64,000 nt of DNA. Origin: Candidatus Latescibacterota bacterium (GTDB lineage Bacteria; Latescibacterota; UBA2968; UBA8231). The notes under the pieces are model-generated. The model did not search any database, was not told the DNA's origin, and worked only from the letters and a program-made list of their open reading frames with translations. A program made the translations under genes and the position numbers. Below are positions 57,119 to 64,000 of this stretch, piece after piece. Each line of letters begins with the position of its first letter. The first letter of the stretch is position 1. Where the stretch lies: contig CBDETY010000003.1 in NCBI GenBank assembly GCA_965243025.1, forward strand, positions 4,608,001 through 4,672,000, written 5' to 3'.

Positions 57119-57359
57119 GGACCTCCTCGGCCTCGAGGATGCCGGCGATGGTCTCGGGGTCCGGATCGACCGAACCCGGATTGCTGGAGGGAACCAGCGG
57201 GAGCTGGACCCGGCGGCTGCCGAATCCCCCGCCGGCGGCGCTGGCCACTCTCTCTTCGAGAGCTTCGGTCACGAAGACTTTCAGGCTTTTCCCCTGAAGA
57301 GAAGCAACCGCCTTGGCGCGGCGCAGAAGGTGATCGGGAACATCGATAGTAGTACGCAT
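57099..57359 (-). CDS. vapB: VapB-like ribbon-helix-helix antitoxin
   Basis: MRTTIDVPDHLLRRAK..SLK..VTEAL; overlaps the vapC start. Confidence 0.85.
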   Translation of the reverse strand: MRTTIDVPDHLLRRAKAVASLQGKSLKVFVTEALEERVASAAGGGFGSRRVQLPLVPSSNPGSVDPDPETIAGILEAEEVRVLTGR

Positions 57360-57385
57360 ATTGATGCAATATACATAAATATGCG
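57355..57385. promoter_or_regulatory. Inverted-repeat operator overlapping the vapB -10 box and start codon
   Basis: cgcatattgatg-N7-cataaatatgcg (11/12 match); TATATT on the minus strand lies 8 nt before ATG. Confidence 0.65.
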
Positions 57386-57509
57386 CGGCTGGAAAGATGG
57401 ATGACAGGGCCGCGATTCAGATGGGGTTTTTTTCGCTCCCGACCGTGTAAATCCCTGGGTAGCCGCCTGGTTGCCGGTCGCTATACAGGCTGGTTACGGA
57501 TTTCGGAAG

Positions 57510-60200
<2,691 letters not shown>

Positions 60201-60262
60201 GTCTGTTGCTCCTCGCCGCGGCGAAAAGCCGCGGAAACGCCCTCGTGCGCGGGCGGCTGCGG

Positions 60263-61597
60263 CTAATGCACGGGCAGGTAGCGGTCGCGCTCCCACTGGC
60301 TTACAGAGTCGTGGTACTCCCGCCACTCCTCCCGCTTGCACTCGATGTAGTAGTCGGCGTACTCCGCCCCGAGCGCCTGCTTTACGACCTCGTCCTGCTC
60401 GAGACAGTCACAGGCCTCGCTCAAGGTCGCCGGCAGGAAGTCGATGCCGCGCGCCCGCAGCTCGGCCTCGGGGACCTCGTAGAGGTTGTCGTCGTTGCGC
60501 TGGCCGGGGTCGGTTCCGTTGTCGATGCCGTCGAGCCCGGCCGCCAGCAGCGCCGCGCAGGCGAGGTAGGGGTTGGCGGCGCCGTCGACGGAGCGGTTCT
60601 CGATGCGCCCCGGTCCCGGGATGCGGACCATCTGGGTGCGGTTCGAGCCGCCGTAGGTGACGTAGACCGGGGCCCAGGAAGCGCCCGAGCGCGGGCGGTT
60701 GCGCACCAGCCGCTTGTAGCTGTTGACCAGGGGCGCGCTGACCGCGGCCAGGGCGCGGGCGTGGGCGAGGATGCCCCCGGTGAAGTGGTAGGCCATCTGC
60801 GACAGGCCGGCCTGGTCGTCGAGGTCCTCGAACAGGTTGGTGCTGTTGTCGAGGTCCCAGAGGCTCATGTGGTAGTGGGCCCCCGAGCCGGTCAGGTCGG
60901 AAAACGGCTTGGGCATGAAGGTCGCCAGCAGGCCCCGCTCCTCGGCGAGCACCTTGACCATCCAGCGGTAGAAGGTGTGGCGGTCGGCCGTCTCCATCGC
61001 CGTCGCGTAGTGCCAGTTGATCTCGAACTGGCAGTTGGCGTCCTCGTGGTCGTTGGCGTACGGCCCCCAGCCCAGGTCCTGCAAGTGGCGGATCAGGGTG
61101 GTCATGAAATCGAAGTTGCGGTTCAGGGTCACCAGGTCGTAGCAGGGCTTGTCGAGCACGTCGAGGGGGTCGTACGGGCGGCAGGTGCCGTCCTCGTCCC
61201 GCGCCAGCAGCAGGAACTCCGCCTCGACGCCGACGTTGAACAGCAGCCCGCGCTCGCGGGCGCGGTCGAGCTGGCGCTGCAGGATCGTGCGCGGGCAGTA
61301 GTCGTAGGGCTCTCCTTCGACCTCGACGTTGCCGGCGACCCAGGCCATCTCGCGGCGCCAGGGCAGGACGGTCAGCGAGTCGAAGTCGGGGATGTTGGCC
61401 AGCTCCGGGCTGTGCGGACCCTGGTTCATGTTTCCCGCGGCGAAGCCGGCGAACCCGGCCCCTTCCGAGGCCATCTCGTCGAGGTTGGAAACGGGCACGA
61501 GCTTGGCCTTGGGGGCTCCGCCCATCTCTACGAAGGAGCAGAGGAAGAACTCGATCCCCTTTTCGGCTGTCAGTTCGCGAACCTGATCAACGGTCAT
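60263..61597 (-). CDS. gmaS: GlnT-type glutamine synthetase-like protein, likely gamma-glutamylmethylamide synthetase
   Basis: PKAKLVP, GAGFAGFA, DHEDANCQFEINW, SGASWAP, NRTQMVR; GGGAGG SD; adjacent to sox/mgd-like genes. Confidence 0.75.
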   Translation of the reverse strand: MTVDQVRELTAEKGIEFFLCSFVEMGGAPKAKLVPVSNLDEMASEGAGFAGFAAGNMNQGPHSPELANIPDFDSLTVLPWRREMAWVAGNVEVEGEPYDYCPRTILQRQLDRARERGLLFNVGVEAEFLLLARDEDGTCRPYDPLDVLDKPCYDLVTLNRNFDFMTTLIRHLQDLGWGPYANDHEDANCQFEINWHYATAMETADRHTFYRWMVKVLAEERGLLATFMPKPFSDLTGSGAHYHMSLWDLDNSTNLFEDLDDQAGLSQMAYHFTGGILAHARALAAVSAPLVNSYKRLVRNRPRSGASWAPVYVTYGGSNRTQMVRIPGPGRIENRSVDGAANPYLACAALLAAGLDGIDNGTDPGQRNDDNLYEVPEAELRARGIDFLPATLSEACDCLEQDEVVKQALGAEYADYYIECKREEWREYHDSVSQWERDRYLPVH

Positions 61598-61944
61598 GTC
61601 GACCTCCCATGTGTGTTTTTGATGATTAAACCTGTGCGCAATCAGAAGTCGTCGGCAATGCAGGTCTGCCAGAAGGCCCGCCCCTTGCGCCCGCATCCGG
61701 CGCGGGTGCCTGCGCGCGCCGTTGCGCGTGAATCCGGCCGCCGGTGCATCCCGGCTCCGCGGCGTTGCGCTGCTCGGCAATCCGGGCCCTGGGCCCGGTC
61801 GTGAACGGAGGAAAGGTACTCCGCGGCGAAGGGGCTGGCTTTCTCATTCAATCCCCCTCGGTGGATGGCTCACGCACCCGGGCGGCCGGCTTGGCGGTCC
61901 GGACGCCACGGCGCCTTTCCCACGCGACGTAACCCACGATCAAG

Positions 61945-62637
61945 TCACCGTGGGCTCAGCGCCCGCAGGTCCCGCAGGCCGAGCGGCGCTACCGCGAACT
62001 CCGCCCCCGCCTGCATCAGGGTGTCCCAGAGGTAGGCGCCGAGGGACCTGCCGCCGATCAGGGAGTACGAGGGCAGGCCGCCGACGTCGCCGCGGACGAT
62101 CAGCTGCCTCGTCTTCGCGACGCTGCTCTGGCGGGCGTCGCCGTCGGGGAAGCGCCGCTGGTCGAAGTCGAGCCCGCAGACCTTGGACAGCAGTTCCGGG
62201 GCGGCCGGTCCGACCAGGCGCAGCTCGCTGCAGCCGTGGGTGAGGTCGGTCACCGCGGTTTCTGCATTTTCCGAAGCCCCCTGTTCCCTGTGCAGGCGTT
62301 CCAGCGCCGGCGCGGCCTCGGCGGGGGCGGTGCCGATGAAGTACAGGTCCCGGCGCAGGCGGCAGACGCGGCCAGGCCCCAGGGTCTCGACGGTTGCGCT
62401 CTTCCCCACGGCGAGGGCCGGGGCGGCAAAGGCGGCGCCGACCAACCCTTCGGCGTCCTCACCCTGCACCTGGAGCTTGCCGTTGGCCGACTCGTCGGCG
62501 ATCGCCACCCCCCGGGCAGCGGCATCCGGTCCTGCTTCCGGGAAACGCTCGGCAACCTGCCAGCCGTCGCGCCCGGCGAACTCCGCGTCGAGCGTCCCCA
62601 GGCGGGAATGCAGGGGTGAAAGGGCGGTCGCGGCCAC
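61945..62637 (-). CDS. Sarcosine oxidase gamma / N-methylglutamate dehydrogenase small subunit-like (GcvT-fold)
   Basis: DLTHG...LVGP.APELLSKVCGLD, RSLGAYLW; start GTG 62637 or CTG 62643. Confidence 0.8.
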   Translation of the reverse strand: MAATALSPLHSRLGTLDAEFAGRDGWQVAERFPEAGPDAAARGVAIADESANGKLQVQGEDAEGLVGAAFAAPALAVGKSATVETLGPGRVCRLRRDLYFIGTAPAEAAPALERLHREQGASENAETAVTDLTHGCSELRLVGPAAPELLSKVCGLDFDQRRFPDGDARQSSVAKTRQLIVRGDVGGLPSYSLIGGRSLGAYLWDTLMQAGAEFAVAPLGLRDLRALSPR

Positions 62638-62639
62638 GG

Positions 62640-64000
62640 TCAGCTCCTCAGGCGCTCGCCGGCCGGGTCGTAGAAGGCGCCGTGGTGAACGCGGGCTTCG
62701 GCCAGCCTGCCGCCGCAGTCGATGCGGAAGGTCTCCCCTTCGCGGGCGGCGACCTCGGCCGGCAGCCAGCAGAGGCCGATGGTGTCCCCGAGGGTGGGGC
62801 TGACGCGGCAGGAGGTCACCCAGCCGATGATCTCCGGCCGGCCGCGGCCGTTGCTCCGGACGATCTGCATCCCCTCTTCGGGCACGGGGTTCCGCTCCTT
62901 CATCACGAAGCCGGTGAGCCGCTGCCGCGGTCCCTCCGCGGCGACCCGCGCCAGAGCCCGCTTCCCGAGGAAGTCGGGCTTCTCGAGCTTGACCGCCCAG
63001 GCGGCGTCGGCGGCGATCGGGTCCGACAGCGCGTCGGTGTCCTGGCCGACGATGATGTGCCCCTTCTCGAGACGCAGAACGCGCTGGGCCTCGACGCCGA
63101 AAGGCCGGATGCCGAGCTCCTCCCCGGCCTCGAGGAGCCGCTCCCACAGGTGGCGGGCGAACCCGGCCGGGCAGTGGATCTCGTACGACAGCTCCCCGGT
63201 GAAGCCGATGCGCAGCAGCAGGCAGGGCACCCCGGCGACCTCGGCGCGGCGCGCCCGCATGTAGGGGAAGCGTCCGTTGGCGAGGTCGCGTTCGGTGAGC
63301 CGGGAAAGCAGCTCCCGCGAGCGCGGACCGGCAAGATTGAAGGCGGCGTTGGCTTCGGTCAAGTCGGCGACCTGCACCCCTTCCCCCCACCCGGACTGGC
63401 GCCACCACTCGATCCACTCCAGCACGTTTCCCGCCCCGGCCGAGGTCGTGCTCATGTACCACTCCCGGTCGGAGAGGCGGGCGCAGACCCCGTCGTCGAT
63501 GACCACCCCCTCGTCGTTGCACATGATGCCGTAGCGCACCCGCCCGCGGCGCAGGTCGCGCCACTGGTTGACGTAGAGCCGGTCGAGCAGTCCGGGGACA
63601 CCGGGGCCGGTGAGCTGCAGCTTGCCGAGCGGGCTGACGTCGATGAGGCCGGCGCGCTCGCGCACGGCGCGCACTTCCGCCGCCGGGTCGCCGTACTGCT
63701 CGGGACGCAGCCACGGCCCGGCCACCATCATGCGGGCGCCGTTGTCGAGGTGCCACTCGTGCAGCGGCGACACCTGCACCGGGTCCATCCGCTGCCCTGC
63801 GAGGGCGCCGAGGGTCACCGGGACCACCGGCGGCCGGGAGGTCGTCCTGCCGAGGTCGGCGACGGCGCGGCCGAGCTCCCGCCCGGCCTGCTCGAGACTG
63901 TTGAGGGCGCACATCTTCCCCTGGCAGGGGCCCATCGACACGGTGGTGTAGCGCTTCAGCAGCTCGACGCTGTCGTACCCCTCGGCGATGGCGGCGGCGA
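62640..64000 (-). CDS. Sarcosine oxidase alpha / N-methylglutamate dehydrogenase large subunit, C-terminal part (5' end outside the window)
   Basis: Frame open to the window end: EGYDSVELLKRYTTVSMGPCQGK, TTSRPP, DVSPLGK, GFTGELSYEI, LRLEKGH, FYDPAGER. Confidence 0.9.
   Translation of the reverse strand, partial: AAAIAEGYDSVELLKRYTTVSMGPCQGKMCALNSLEQAGRELGRAVADLGRTTSRPPVVPVTLGALAGQRMDPVQVSPLHEWHLDNGARMMVAGPWLRPEQYGDPAAEVRAVRERAGLIDVSPLGKLQLTGPGVPGLLDRLYVNQWRDLRRGRVRYGIMCNDEGVVIDDGVCARLSDREWYMSTTSAGAGNVLEWIEWWRQSGWGEGVQVADLTEANAAFNLAGPRSRELLSRLTERDLANGRFPYMRARRAEVAGVPCLLLRIGFTGELSYEIHCPAGFARHLWERLLEAGEELGIRPFGVEAQRVLRLEKGHIIVGQDTDALSDPIAADAAWAVKLEKPDFLGKRALARVAAEGPRQRLTGFVMKERNPVPEEGMQIVRSNGRGRPEIIGWVTSCRVSPTLGDTIGLCWLPAEVAAREGETFRIDCGGRLAEARVHHGAFYDPAGERLRS

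Noticed and set aside
61651-61672. Possible sigma-54 promoter upstream of gmaS (TGGCA...TTGC on the minus strand)
   Set aside because: GG-to-GC spacing is 12 nt rather than the required 10.

Overview
High-GC bacterial chromosomal segment with about 50 genes. I found no rRNA, tRNA, CRISPR array, integrase or transposase. The secreted protein combining YWTD/LDL-receptor class B repeats, a dockerin-like module and a QNYPNPFNP domain resembles proteins of Latescibacterota/Poribacteria-type marine or sponge-associated bacteria (inference only). In order, the window holds: a partial GT4 and HEAT-hisG-hisD-hisB; a surface-glycosylation locus (epimerase, Wzx flippase, two GT4s, two GT-C-like membrane proteins); a 1353-aa triple YWTD-propeller protein; a PQQ-propeller/transglutaminase/TPR fusion divergent from a duplicated TPR pair; rdgB and a heterodimeric ABC exporter; a YtxH trio; guaB; two SDRs and a phosphonate cluster (Zn alcohol dehydrogenase-phnA-phnY, no phnW); Gfo/Idh/MocA; aquaporin-arsC; GT4, D-threonine aldolase-like and cnoX; a long catabolic island (enolase-family dehydratases, ThDP enzyme, NCS1 permease, flavin/Fe-S reductase, orphan glycosidase-like propellers, GH88); vapBC; acnA; and gmaS/glnT with sarcosine-oxidase-like gamma and alpha subunits. 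The best candidates for undescribed biology are (1) a PhnW-independent hydrolytic route 2-hydroxyethylphosphonate -> phosphonoacetaldehyde -> phosphonoacetate, (2) an LRP-like surface protein with an unrecognised two-Cys spacer domain next to TMTC/GT-C-like glycosyltransferases, and (3) a nested stem-loop upstream of guaB. All calls come from reading motifs by eye; no searches were run.
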